This document shows positions 38,657 to 52,642 of a stretch of 64,000 bases of DNA, in pieces. The DNA is taken from contig MU058718.1 of NCBI GenBank assembly GCA_013265495.1, positions 1,798,001 to 1,862,000 on the forward strand. The letters run 5' to 3'. The stretch is from Vicugna vicugna. Lineage: Eukaryota. The notes beneath the pieces are model-generated. The model was given only the letters and a program-made list of their open reading frames with translations, did not search any database and was not told the origin of the DNA. Made by a program: the position numbers and the translations under genes. The stretch's first letter is position 1, and each line of letters begins with the position of its first letter.

Positions 38657-39499
38657 GTAAGTATCATGATTATCTTCTTTCTATTGGGTATTTTTTAGAG
38701 TGATAGCATATGTATCCTGAATTTTAACAGTTTATGCTTTTTTTCCCCATAAGCAAAAATTATAGGAATCCATTAATCTATAAATAGCCTGTAATTCATA
38801 GTGTATTTGATAGTCTTAAACTACACATTGATACCCTTAATAAAATGGATAATCTTGGAAGTGAGAGATCGGTTAGAAAATGGGTCTTTAAAAAATACCA
38901 GTTTTCATAAATCTGATTAATAACTGGGTATTTTCCTCACAAGAGTTTTAGACACTTAGAAATGTCCTTTAGATGTTTTGTATATAATAGACTTGCTTCT
39001 ATTGTGTCATTTCTGTAGTGGATTTGTACAGTTCTCAAGTAGTAATGTTGCTGATAAACCACGAAAATAACCCTAAAGTGGCAGGGGTGGGTGGGGTGGG
39101 GGTGAGGGGTGAAAGTTTGCTCACAGGAATGAGAGAATCTCTGCCAGCGCAGTTTGTCACTTTATCGGTAAGAGAAGAATTCTGTTACATGGAAATAACT
39201 TAATTACCTAACGTATTAATTTGTTTAATCCTTACCCTATGAAGTAGATATGATTAATATCCTCATGTGAAGGATGAAGAAACTAGTACAAAGAGTAATT
39301 ACCAGTAGAACTCTGTACAGCTCCAAGCCAATAATTTCTTAACTTCATCCAAGATACCGTTTACGTATCTTCATTTACAAAGTCTACAGAAATGTTTGTT
39401 AGTTGCCGTAGAAACTTCCTTCTCTTCCAGCTATCATCCCCTTAGGATTTGTCTTCATTCCTTTTGCTGTATTCCCTTCATTGCCACATACCAGCATTG

Positions 39500-40180
39500 G
39501 GCAAAGTCTGCCTTGATGTGATAGAGAACAGTAAAAGAAGCTACAAGGAGAACTGCTATTCTGGACTTAATTCTAACCAACAAAGTAGACCTAGTTGGTG
39601 AAGCAGAGTATTAATAATTTACATGTTCATAGTCCTTTAGAGTGTACAGCGGGCATTGTTACATAGGGGGTGGGGGGAAGGAAAGAGAATGGCTGAGAGC
39701 ATATTAGTGTGTACACACACACACACACACACACACACACCCATACTCCCATCTCTATATACCTTACGCAGATACAGACACACACACATACAGTGAGTAG
39801 TACTCCTAAGAAGGTATCCTGAATGTTCAAAACTAAAATGTTCTGAGTCATGTCCCCCAAAAGTAATAATAAGTGCTTTTTTAAAAGTTTTAAGTGGAAT
39901 TAATATCCAGAAAAACTAAAAAGGTTAAAGTGTCAGGCTCAGAGCTCTGGCCATTGGCAAATGATGACTGAGAAAGTGATCACTTCTTATTTTGCTCTTA
40001 TATCTTCAAAGATAGTTATCCTCAGGGTGGGATCAAATAAGGCAGATACTCACTAAGAAAAGGGAACTGATAGCTAAGATAAATGAAATGGAAGTGTTTT
40101 AAATTTGTTGGTTTTTTGATCCAGTTGAATTTCCTGGAAAAGTGCTGACAGCCTGTGACTGAGATTCATCAGCAATGTTC
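39500..40180 (+). mobile_element. CR1/L3 LINE remnant (interrupted)
   Basis: gctattctggacttaattctaaccaacaaagtagacctagttggtgaag typical of L3. Confidence 0.55.
39713..39740. repeat. (AC)14 microsatellite
   Basis: Read directly. Confidence 0.95.
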
Positions 40181-40259
40181 AGCAGTGTTTCCCAAACATC
40201 CCTAATTTGAACAGTCACTTGTGGTGCTTATTAAAAATACAGGCAAAAAAAGAACCCCA

Positions 40260-41700
40260 TAGGGGGCACTGGAATTGAGAGTATTAATGTGAATGTATGA
40301 TTTTGAAAATACGTGAATGTATATAGATAACGTCTATGTAATTTAAACATATATTTTTAAGCACATAGAAGTATATACATGCATATATTGCCTACCTTTG
40401 TCCACTGAAAAGGCCAAGAAGCAAAGACACCCTAGTCTAATGAGCACAACTAGCACCTAGATCTTTGCCTCTGGTACTGTTATTCCCCACTAAGAAAAAC
40501 TAGAGTTTCTTGGAAAAATGGCTGATTGCTGGGCAGGAGCAGGATAGGTCCAAGTCAAAGCTGGAACAACTTGTTTTGACAAAAAGTAGAAAAATGCTCA
40601 AAACAAAAGGACACAAAAGTCAAATTAAAAAAGCAGCTCCCACTGGCCAAATCTAGAACAATTTGAGCACCAAAAAAATTAAGTAATTGTTATTACTTAT
40701 TGTAAGGAATTGTTAGTAGTACTTTTAATATAGATTTTAGTTCTATATTAAATATAGAATTATAATAAGGATGTAGGATTGTAATAAAGATGATATACTA
40801 AGGAATTCTTAAGCATTGAAAAATGTCTAAGTCCATATTGATTATAAATAGATAAATGGAGGAGCAAGGAGGTCCTTTGCCTACAGTAGAATGCCAGGGG
40901 CTTACTAGCAAATGTAGAAGGAATGCTGGAATTGAAAGAGTCTCATTTTGCAGCTATCATGGTGGATCAGGAAGAGGACTGGACTAGAATCATCAGTGGA
41001 TGCTGAAATGAGGGCAGATTTTTTATGAGAAATGGATTATTTGCATGGTCTTAAAGTGTATCCTCTCAGACTGCAGAAAAGTAAACGATGGGGAAATCAA
41101 GCAATGTCTTTACTGAATGTTCTGAGGGACACCCAGAGAAAGACACAGCATTATTTACGCAGTATTCCAATTATGAGGACACATCAGACAAACTTAAAGT
41201 GAGAGAATTCTTAAAAAAAAAGTAGGAATGAGACTATATTCTTCTAAAATGTTGACATAATAAAAGACAAAGAATGGATATGGAAACTGTTCCAAATAAG
41301 GAGATTTGAGATACGATAGCTAATTACACCTCATCCTAGCCGTACCCTGTACTGGATGAAGGAGGTGCTACAATGGATATTATTAGGTCAACTGACAGAA
41401 TTAAAATGTGGATGGTAGGTTAGGTAAAATATTATGTCTAAGTAAATTATGACGTTGATAACTATGCTATGATTGTGGAAGAGAATATTCCTACTCTAAT
41501 AAAGAACTAGGTAATAACTAAACCTGCCTTAAAAATATAGAAATGTCACAAGGAAAAAAATTGTAAATAATATAAGGTGATAGATTTAAACTAAACTAAC
41601 TGTGGTAATCATTTCATAATATAAACATAGATCATTACACTGTACACCTTAAACTTATGCAATGTTATATGTCAATTATATCTCAATAAAACTGGGGAAG
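40260..41700 (+). mobile_element. Old L1MC/MD 3' fragments and L1 terminus
   Basis: agcacctagatctttg...; tgtacaccttaaacttatgcaatgttatatgtcaattatatctcaataaaactgg. Confidence 0.75.
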
Positions 41701-44594
41701 AAATGTTTTTAAATGAAAGTGACCACTTTAGTATGGAGATACTCACTGGGGTAGATGCTTACTGGCTCACCATAGGTGTTATGGAAGCAACTTTTATCAT
41801 CACAGTAGTTTAAATTAGATCGTCTCTGAGGCCCCTTTTTACTCAAGATTCTGAGATGCTCATGTGAGGACCCCAGTTAGTGATTGTGCAAATAATCACT
41901 AAAGAGCCATGTTTAGGGGGAAAGTTTTGCATATCGATCAGTACTTCTCAAGTCATACTTCCTGAGGACCAGTTTTTTTTTTTTAAAGAAACTAATTCTA
42001 GACTATCAGGATATCATCAAGAGCCTTTGGCTCTTTCTTCAACCCTAAATAAAGTAACATGAAAAATCCAGAGAAAACTACATCTTTTGTACATCTGAAC
42101 TCTCTTGTCAATGGCTTTTTAAAATGAAGAACTATGAAGAAAATTGTCATGGCCCTATCTTGCCATTGTTACTTGAAAATTATCTAATTGATGTATATGA
42201 ACTCTTTAAATTACTTTTTCCTCATTAAAATTTCCTGGAGTAGGGAGAAGGACAAAGGATTAATTATATTCTTAAGCCATATTTTGGGTGTTTGGATTTT
42301 CTCTTGAAGCTACTGGGTTTTTTCCTTTTGGATTGATTTTCTTCATAAATTTTAATTTTTATGCAGTGGTTATGAGAATTAGAAATGCTTTTAAAAAAAA
42401 CTTTTGAAAAGCCACCCAGTGCCTGTTGTTTGTGTTAGCTGATTTGATTAGATAATATTGTAGAGCTAATAAAATTAAGATCACATGTTATATCATTAAT
42501 CTTGGTTCACATATCCCAAATGAATATGGCTGGTCACAAGGGGATCCTAGCTGGGAGAATATAATTGGATCAGAAAGGAGAAAGGGAAAAACAAACCCTA
42601 ATTAGAGTAGACTTTTTGGATACAACATCGAGGTGGATTTCTCCTTTTGCTGCTAAGTGGATGATTTATAAAAGTATTTAGAGGTAGTGCAAAGCCATTT
42701 TAAAAGTTAGCTTTCAAAATCATAATGTATCGACCACAAATGTTCTTTATACGTAAGCTATAAGCAAAGATTAAAAATACTATACTATCTAGATATGTTC
42801 TAATAAGGAAAAAGACCATTTCTATTCATGTATATGATTATTAAAACAGATGAAAACGTCAGCTGTTCAGAAACTATCCATTCTAGGTTTCAGTCCATGG
42901 TGAAATACTGTAGTGTCAAATAGGCTTTCTCTGTCTTGGATATTTACTCTTGTTTTGTTAACCAGATATGGTTGCTAGACTAAGAAAATGTTGGGTATAG
43001 TGAGTGATGCTTTAAATTTTTTTTAATGTGAAATAGGTTAACCACTGGTAGATCTTTTCCCTTTTTTCAACTTTAATTTGGGGGGTGGCTGGTATTTTTT
43101 AAAAACAAAAAGATTGAGTACCTTTTGCCAGAATACTTAATTATATATCTTTTAATATTTCTAGACTTAACATGGTAAGAATCTTAAAATCAAGGCTTTC
43201 AAAAGTAAAAACTATTAGCAAATGTTGCTTTTAAAGGAATTTATTTATTTGAAACATTAGCTTTTTCTACACTTCCCTTCATGTAGATTGTAAATCAGGA
43301 AAATGAAAAAATTTTAAGGGCTATTTCATGTTCTTGTCAAAGCCAAGTCCAAAGCTTTGTTATAGCTCACTTTGAACAGAGCATGTAATTTGACATCACA
43401 CTGCCTACTTCTTAAATTCTGTTGACTAGAATTACCATATCTTAGAAGATTTTCATATGCATTTGCCACTAACTTGTAGTCCTCAGAAGTGCTGACTAAG
43501 AAACTCTGGGACAGAGCCTAGCAGTCTGTATTTAACAAGCACACTGAAGGAGAATCATTACACTAAAGCATGAAATTCTTTTGCTTTTCCCAGGAAAAAG
43601 TAAAATGTTCAGTGAAAGTAAAATTTTTGCATTCTTCCCTAGAGAAAAGGCAGCTTGTCATCCTTCCACATGTTACCAGCTCATCTTGTCCATCTCTTCC
43701 TTCACTGGCTGAATATATTTCATCAGACCCAATACGTGGTTTCAGTAGCTTTAACCAGACCTCAGTATTGCATTATAGAACTGAGACATCAGCGACCAGA
43801 GAGAGCACCACGCCTTCATTCACGTTACTGCATTCGTGTCACTCCTGCCTCTGCCAAATATGAGTGCTCAGATAATTTTCAGTTTGTGTCTGCTAAAGAA
43901 TGTTCAGTGAAACCTGATGAAGGCTAGTTGTCTCTTGAGACAAAATAACAAGATGAAAATGGAAACAATGCATAATTAATGTTTGTATGCCAGAATAACA
44001 GCTGGCATATTAAGAAGTACTGAAATGAGAAACTGAATATCAGGCAGTAAGTTTATAATCAAATAGCAGTAAACAATGGTAGGAAGAGAAGAAGACTGCC
44101 TTAAAACTCAGTCAGAGCCACATACGGATTTGAGTAACAAAAGAACCTTATTGTAAAGCTAAATTTCAAAGGAAACAGTTTTACAAAGAAAAATTCCCAC
44201 ATTATTTATTAACATCTAAACCTGAAAAAAGCCCTGCTTACCAGCCATATAAAACAACTTTTTGCTCATACCTGTGTTACCAACTTAATGGGAATTTTGG
44301 AATATCAAGTAGATCAACATTAGCTTTTTCTTCAATCATACAATGGCCTTTTATTGCATTACTCTTATTTAAGTGCATAAGGTAATAGTATATATAATAT
44401 GTAGCATATGCAATATGTTAGTGACTGTTACTATAAACTTAGATAGTCTTTTCCTAAAACTTACTGTGGCTTAAAAACTAGAAGATACAAGAATTTAGGG
44501 TTGCATATGAATGCATTGCAACAAAGAAGAAATTTCCAGGGCTCTTTAGAAATCTTACTAGACATCTAATTTGATGTTTTCTTATTTCAAACAG

Positions 44595-44857
44595 CTAGTT
44601 AAAGGCCTTCAGCAAGAGCTGAACCGACTGTATTCCCTTTTCTGTTCTCGGAATCCGGACTTTGAAGAAAAAGGGGGTAAAGTCTCAATAGTGTCACATT
44701 CCTTGGGATGTGTCATCACTTATGACATAATGACTGGCTGGAATCCAGTTCGACTCTATGAACAATTGCTGCAGAAGGAAGAAGAGTTGCCTGATGAGCG
44801 ATGGATGAGCTATGAAGAGCGACACCTTCTTGATGAACTCTATATGACCAAACGACG
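44595..44857 (+). CDS. DDHD1: DDHD1 coding exon 7 (263 nt) with lipase motif SHSLG (nucleophile Ser codon 44700-44702)
   Basis: caaacag|CTA...CG|gtaaaa; lies in ORF 44571-44861, LVKGLQQELNRLY...VSHSLGCVITYDIM...LYMTKR. Confidence 0.98.
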
Positions 44858-46223
44858 GTAAAATGCCCTAGTCTCTTAAAGGAATTTTAAAATTCTTCAT
44901 GGAATTACCGGACCTCCAAGGAGAAAACTTAAAATTTTCATAATAAAGAAAAAATACATTGTCTAGGGTACAAAGTTTATTAGATAACATGCCTAATCAA
45001 GCTAGAGACTATTAATTTTCATGCTAATTACGTGTTTTCCTATAGCATAAAATAGTCATCTTCTTTTTCTTTTGTCTCTTCTTCACAGTTTGTTAGGAGT
45101 GAAATCTAAAACTTATTCAAAGCTGAGTCACTCTCTAGAGTCCTTATTGAAAATGTTTACCAGTTTGTAATCCTTTGTAGTTTTACTAATCTTAGAGATG
45201 GGCCTTTACCTTTCTTATTATTCTGAAAATAATTTTAAAGCTTTTTTTTTTCTTGACAAATATATTTTTGACATTTACCTAATCACTTTTGGCCATCCTG
45301 ATACCATCTTTTAATTCTCTGCTACATTCCTATCTTCATCTCTAGTTAGATGCTCAGTCTTTGTTCTCTTAATGATCATCCAATTAATTCTAATAGAACA
45401 GTGAAAAGTCACTCTTTTTGATAGTTAGCATTATATAAAAACAGTTTAGTTGATTTAAATTTTTACTCAAGAAGCATTGAATTTTAGTCTTATAGAAGTT
45501 GTCTAAGGATTTCATTTACAATCTTGTTACGTACCATAGTATAGATACACACACTTATAGTGTCAAAATAATTGATAGTTTTGAAAGAAAATGTCATGTT
45601 GGCAAGGCTCAGAGCTGCATTTTAGATGTGAAAGCTAGTAAAAAAGAATTTTTTTAACAGGCTTAGGAAATGAACTGCACCTTTTCTTTTAACTTAGTTC
45701 CATTGTTTATTAAATGTAAGTAGATATGAAACACTAATAGGAAAACATTGAAATAATTTCATCAGCAAAGAACGGTTTAATCTATATGACATGGACAATT
45801 ACACAGTTGTTAAAGAGATTGAAGTAGATCAGGAGGCAGTGAAGTGAAAAGATCTCTAAGATTCATCATTAAGTGTAGAAAAAGGACAGACATAGAAATA
45901 GTGTATGAACATTTGGTATTTTTTTTTAAGGCATATACATACTTGGATGTTCCTTACATTTTACTAAAGATTTCCCCCAGAAAGCTATTAACAGCATGTA
46001 TTGTGAAGAGTAGGAGTACTTGTACTAATTATTCTATAAACTTTTTTATAGACTTTCTATGCTACAGCAGGTACATTTTTAAATACTGTCACTTAAGGAT
46101 TAGTTTGAGGGATTGGATACTAGGTCTTCGTTGTCTTCTTTATGCTTTAGGGAACTAGTGAACATCTAATACTTATAAAATATATAAATATGAATGTGTG
46201 CATAATCTCATACTCCTTCCTAG

Positions 46224-46299
46224 GTTGAGAGAAATAGAAGAACGGCTACAAGGATTGAAGGCATCGTCTATGACACAAACACCTGCCTTAAAATTTAAG
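46224..46299 (+). CDS. DDHD1: DDHD1 coding exon 8 (76 nt)
   Basis: ccttcctag|G...AAG|gtaagg; (R)LREIEERLQGLKASSMTQTPALKFK. Confidence 0.96.
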
Positions 46300-48299
46300 G
46301 TAAGGAAAGACAGATGAGATTTTCATTTTTCATCTCAGTTGTTTTTCAAACAGCATTTGAAGCATGATGTTAGGGTTCAAATGAAATCCTAATTATTCTT
46401 TCAAATGAAGATTCTTTCTGAATACATGCAGTGTGAAAAGAATGGACGTGATGGTTTCCTAGCTCTCAAAATGCATAACGCAGTGTTATTCGTTGTGGAG
46501 GGATACAACTTCATAGTACCCCCAAGAAATATCAAATAATCTCAAATAGTGAGACAAGAAACATAGAGACAGATCTTGGAAATATTTAGTATTTAGAATT
46601 AACAAACTTTACTGGCCAACTAGTTGTATATGGTAAGAAAAATAAGTGGAATTCTATCAGTGACGATTCCAGGGATGGAAAGCTGACATTGCGGTCAGTC
46701 AGTAATGTACGACAAAAGCAAAAGCAGAGGGTGCACCAGTTAGTTTGGACCAAGGTGAGCAAACCAGTCTGGCTAGAATATACAGGACTCGGCATGGGGG
46801 CTGTGGGGAAGCAGGAAGAGCTTAAAAACAAAAGGGGGAACTTACATTTGATAAATGCAGTGGAAAGCTTTCCAGGGTTTTTGAGCATCGGAATAGAGCT
46901 GTCAAAAGCAATGGTTCAGAAGAATAAAAAGTGGCAGGGAGACGTTGACATTGACCTAACTATTGGGAAGGACACAGCCTATAGCTAAATAACAGTCTGT
47001 TTGCAGTGTTAAATGGAGCGTGACTTAAGTTTCCTAATACTCATTTCCAGTTGAATGTACGCACGGGTCTAGTATGCTGTATTATCTCTTCTTGATACCC
47101 ATTTCATTTATCATAGGAACTTAAATACGGGTTAGGTAATGGAAAGATGCAGAAATTGTTTTAAGCAAGAAGAATTTTCTTACTGAATCTATCTCTATGA
47201 CTTATAAAGGTTTTTTTAACTTACACATTTAAAAGTCATATAAGATAAATTTAAAAGTCGTAAGAGAATTGGAGTCTTTGGAGTCATCCCCTCCTGGAAT
47301 TTGAGTTCTATCTCTACTACTATTATTATATATTATTATATATACTCAGTGTTAAATATGTAGAATTGATCTGGTAGAGTAAACTCTCCTCTTTCATATC
47401 CTGGGTTTTGTACTGAAGAATTGAGTATGATCCACAAAGTAGATTAGAATCTCAAAATTCAGTATCACATTACTAGAATTTGTGCTCTCCATAACTGTCT
47501 GTCCTTCTAACACATAGTCAGGAGTCTAATAATATGAATTTTTAATTATTTAATTACTCATAGAGAAAAAAATATGGAAATCCGAAATTTAAAAAGGAAT
47601 ATAGGATGAATTGGCAAATTAATACTTAAGACTCCAGAGTTAAAAAAGAAACAGAAGTGTTTGTATGTGTATTATCTGGCAGATGGATTTATTTTGAGAA
47701 TGAAAGTGTTAGGTCATTAAAATTTTTAAAAAGGCAAAAAATATTGACAAACATTGGTCTGGAAACTGGGAAACTTTGGTTCTGATCATGAGGCTTTGCC
47801 ACTAACTAGTTGTATAACATTAGGCAAATCTCTGCATTCATGTGTTTACTCATCTCTGGACAAGGAGGTTAGACTAAACGCCTGAAGTTCTTCCTCACCT
47901 TTAAAATTCTTTGATGGATGTAGATTAACACTAAAGCAGTCATTACTCTTATCTGAGAAAGAATAATTCCTTTCTGTGTTAAATGGCAAACTAATCATAA
48001 ACAAAGAAAAGTTGTTCTATGAATTTAACAAATATTTATGAAGTGCTTGACCAACGCATAAAGCATTTTACTAGGGTGTACATGTGTAAGTGTGTGCATT
48101 TCAGCCCTGTCACTAGTAGTCCAAATGATTTTTCTTTTATTTTTAATTTATCTTAACACAAGTTAGATTTCTTCAACCTTCAAACATGTTGAAGTTCCCC
48201 AGTCCTTTAAAAAAAAAAAACACTTTCTCAAGCTTTCTTTAATGTAAAGGTACCATTTCAGAATACATGTTCATTTATATTTATTTTTTCATTTGACAA

Positions 48300-49640
48300 A
48301 AGAAAAGAATAATCACCCCAGAGGTGTGGTGAAGAGATTAAAGATTAAAGGTGTATAAAATTGAAGGTAGGGACACTGTTAACAGCATAGTCCAGATGAG
48401 AGGTGATGAAATGAAATGTTAGAATCTTTTGGGATGATTTCTTAGATATTGGGGATAAGAGGGAGGGATGAATTGGGATGACTTGCATCAAGATATGGGA
48501 CACACAAGAGAGGTAGGGTGGATTTAGGAGAGGAAGCTGTCATGTTCTGTATAATCCAGTGCTCCTGACCACCTTATTTTTCTTGAAGCCCTCTCCTCCC
48601 TAGACTTCCATGGTGCTGCATTATCCCAGTTCTCTTTCTCCTTTCAACCTCTCTTTTATAGCTTTACCTCCTTTACCTGCTAATCAAGTGTGGACATTCC
48701 TCATAGTTCTATCTAAAGCCATTTTATTCTGTGTACTTCCTAAGCTATCTCACCCATTCTTTTGATTTTATACATCACTTATATGATGATGACACAGCCT
48801 TGGATATGATATATTCAATTCTACATCTCTTATCCTAACTTCTGTTACCTGTTAGGTATGTTACAGATACCTCAAACTAATTATGAACAAAAACATTATT
48901 TACTTAAAATTTCCTGTTACATTTAATGGAACCAGTATCTTTCCAGTAAGCCAGACCCAAGTCTTGTGAATTGCCTCTGGCGCCTTCTTTTCCCATCTCC
49001 ATGCATTCATGTTGATTCCACTCTATCCTCTCACATTTCCATTTCTGAATGGAATAGTTTGTCCTTCTGGGCTCAGATTATCTTTTTCCTAAACTCTTTC
49101 ATTAGTTTTCTACCTTGTCTCCAAGTCACCAGCCTCTTAATTTTCCAATTCATTTACAAGCTACTACCAGATTTACTAACCTCCTAAAACATGGGTCAAA
49201 TCCTATTCTCTTTCACTAGCTATAAAATCCAACTTTCTTAGTCAGTCAGTGTTCTGTACACACTCATTCCAAATAACATTTTCCCCACACCCAATTTTTC
49301 AACCACATTAGACTATTCTCTGAATTAAGCCAGATTCTTTCCTGCCTCTGCTTTACTTCATGTGGTTCTATCAATATTCCATATTTTTCTTTCCAGCCCT
49401 AGTATATCCCAACCCCAACTTTGGAAATCCTTTTCATCTGTTATGGCCAGTGGAGATGCTTCCTCCTTTGTAAGGCCCACAAAGTTGGGATGAGTTACTC
49501 CTTTCTCTACTCTAATACAGCACGTTTTCCCTCTATTACGCATTTATTTTACTCTGCTTCCCCAACAGGATTGTAAACTCCAAGTGCAAAAGCTCAGCCC
49601 TATTGTCTTTATATGTTTTGGAGCACCTAATAAATTATGA
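48300..49640. mobile_element. L2 LINE remnants in both orientations
   Basis: gtccagatgagaggtgatg; tatgatgatgacac (RT-like); aggattgtaaactcc. Confidence 0.6.
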
Positions 49641-49931
49641 CTTTACAAAAACAGGATAGCTTGATAAGTCTTCCTTCTCCTTATTCTCATTCGTCATTTT
49701 CTCTTAGATTTAAAGATACTGAAGTTGCTTCTGGATAGATTGCTTAAAATAATTCATGGTTGTTATAGAGTTAACAAATAATGCAGATACCATCTAGACA
49801 AAGCTCATTCAAAAATATATATATTTGAAGATAATTTAATTATTTGTATTTTATCATATATTATGTTATGCCCAGCTTCTGTGAAAAACCTTTTGTCGTT
49901 TTTAAAATTTAGGATGACTTTGTCATTTTAG

Positions 49932-50081
49932 GTTGAAAATTTCTTCTGTATGGGATCCCCACTAGCAGTTTTTTTGGCATTGCGTGGCATCCGCCCAGGA
50001 AACACTGGAAGTCAAGACCATATTTTGCCTAGAGAGATCTGTAACCGATTACTAAACATTTTTCATCCAACAGATCCGGTG
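49932..50081 (+). CDS. DDHD1: DDHD1 coding exon 9 (150 nt), start of DDHD domain
   Basis: cattttag|GTT...GTG|gtgagt; VENFFCMGSPLAVFLALRGIRPG...LLNIFHPTDPV. Confidence 0.97.
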
Positions 50082-50188
50082 GTGAGTTCCAATTATGGAC
50101 ATTTTCCTCTCAATATTAAATTGTTCCTAAGAGAATCTATAAGAAATCTTGCAAGGTACTGCTGAATTTATGAGAAAGGGTTCATTTA

Positions 50189-50484
50189 CAGACATACCTC
50201 ATTTTATTGCTCTTTGCAGATACTGCTTTTTTTTTTTTTTAAACAAACTGAAGGTTTGTGGCAACCCTGCATTGGGTAAGTTTGTTGGTGCCATTTTTTC
50301 AGCATCAGTATTTTTTAATTAAGGTATGTGTTGGTGTTTTTAGACGTAATGCTCTGACACTTTTAATAGACTTAAGTATAGTATAAACATGACTTTTATA
50401 TGCATTGGGAAGCAAAAAATTAGTGTGATTCACTTTATTGCAGTGATCTGGAACCAAACCTGCAATATCTCTGAGGTATGCCTT
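50189..50484. mobile_element. Tigger1-derived MITE
   Basis: TIR-like cagacatacctc / gaggtatgcctt with TA flanks; internal gaaggtttgtggcaaccctgca. Confidence 0.85.
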
Positions 50485-50952
50485 TATCTGTTATATTTTT
50501 GAAATATTTGTGTTTTGGTTAACTTAAGGCCCAGGTAGTAAAATACCTTAAAGATGTTCTGTTTATATTGTACTTGTAAGATAAAAGCATAATGTAAAAA
50601 TACTATCTCTGGACAGTTAATAGAAGAGACAGGAGTCTTCTGGACTTCCAAACCTTAACCAGTTGTAATACCAATAATAGAGCAACCATAAATTTTTAAA
50701 AATCCATTTTAAGTATTTTTTCTCTAAAGCATGCTGAAACATTGAGATGTGTTTGATAGATCCTCTTAGAAATGAAAATATTTAAATACTATGTATTAAA
50801 CATGAAAAAGTATAAGAATTTATTTTAACCTGGTGGAATTATAACATTTTGGATTTTTACATTCTCTATTATGTTTGTACTGTAAATAAAAATTTTAATG
50901 TAAACACTAAGGATCTTGCATCCAGGTAAACAATTTAATGCCAAACAAAGTG

Positions 50953-51105
50953 TTTTTTTTTTTAATACCTTTATTGTGGTATGATTCCTGTACAGTGAAT
51001 TACACATATTTCAGATGTACACTTTGATGAATTTTGATAGATATATACACCAGTGAAACCACCACCACAATCAAGATCACCACAACATTTCCATCACTCC
51101 TCAAG
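50953..51105 (-). mobile_element. Older L1M 3' terminus
   Basis: Poly(T) then tttattgtggtatgatt...tttgatgaattttga...accaccacaatcaagat. Confidence 0.7.
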
Positions 51106-51109
51106 AGAG

Positions 51110-52642
51110 GCAGATTTAGAATTCCCAGTTTATCCCGTCCCACCCTCTTTACTTCGTGGTAACCATAAGTTTGTTCTCTGTGAGTCTGTTTCTGTTTTAT
51201 AAATAAGTTCATTTGTGTCCTTTTATTTATATTCCACATATAAGTGATCTCATATGGTATTTCTCCTTCACTTTCTGGCTTACTTCACTTAGAATAACAA
51301 TCTCCAGGTCCATCCATGTTGCTGCATGTGGCATTATTTTATTCCTTTTTATGGCTGAGTAGTATTCCATTGTACATATACACCACACATCTTTATCCAG
51401 TCAGCTGTCAATGGACATTTGGACATAGTGCTACTATGAACATTGGGGTGCGAGTATCTTTTTCGAATTAGAATTCCTTCTGGATATATGCCCACGAGTG
51501 GGATTGCTGGATCATAGAGTAAGTCTAGTTTCAGTTTTTTAAGAAATCTGCGTGCTGTCCTTCATAGTGGCTGCACCAATTTACATCCCCACCAACAGTG
51601 TAGGAGGGTTCCTTTTTCTCCACATCCTCTCCAGCATTTATCATTTGTGGACTTTTTAATGGCCATTCTGACTAGTGTGAGGTGACAGCTCATTGTAGTT
51701 TTGATTTGCATTTCTCTAACAATTAGTGATGTTGAGTATCTTTTCCTGTGCTTGTTGACCACTGGATGTCTTCTTTGGAGAAATGTCTGTTTAAGTCTTC
51801 TGCCCATTTTTTGATTGGGCAGGAGGAGTCAGTGCCTGCCCACTGCTGGGTGGAGCTTGGTCCTGGCCCTCTGCTGGGAAGGCCATGTCTAGGGGCATGT
51901 CCAGAGGCAGTTGAGGGCTTAGGAAGTATGGGGATGGGTGGGGCTGCTTTTCCACCCATTATGTTGTTTGGCCTGAGGCTTCCAGCACTCAAGACTACAG
52001 GCTGTTGGGGCTAGGTCTTGGTGCTAATGACTGAAGCAAGATGTCAGCCTCCAGGAAATCTCATGTAGATGAACACTCCCTGAATGTCAAATGTCTACCA
52101 CCAGCTCTTATGTCCCTAAGGTGAGCCACAGCCACCCCCTACCTCCCCAGGAGACCATCCAAAACCACCAGGCAGGTGTGGCCCTGGTTCTTATTAAGTC
52201 ACTGCCTCTGCCCTTTTACCTGGCACATGTGAAATTCTGTGTGTGCTTCCCAAGAGAGTAAAGTCTCCCCTAGTCCTCTGGGGCTCCTGGAGTTAAGCTC
52301 CAGTGGTGTTCAGATGTCCTGGAGTCTCCTTCTCCCAATTCAGGAACCGTGGTCTGGGGAGCGTGACGTGGGTCTCAGAACTCTCACTCCTGTGGGAGGG
52401 CTTCTGTGACTTAATTCTTCAGCTTGTGGGTCGCCCCGGGGACAGAGGGCTTGATTATATCGCAAGTATGCCTGCTTGGTTCCCGCTGAGGTTCCCTCTT
52501 TATGTTTCCAATTGAAGAGGATCTTTTTTGATAGGTTCCAGTCTTTTTTTTCCAACGGTTGATTAGCAGTCAGTTGTGGTTTTGTTGTAGTGGTAAGGAG
52601 AGGCAAGCTTGTGGTCCTGCTACTCCACCATGTTGATCAGAC
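51110..52642 (-). mobile_element. Internally deleted L1: 5'UTR-like block joined to ORF2 C-terminus and partial 3'UTR
   Basis: 51110-51819 is ORF2 end ([35 protein letters not shown]) and 3'UTR; 51820-52642 is GC-rich, ending tactccaccatgttg like an L1 5' end. Confidence 0.78.

Noticed and set aside
49913..49931. Alternative AG 19 nt upstream of exon 9
   Set aside because: Frameshifting, preceded by an A-rich stretch, and without other support.
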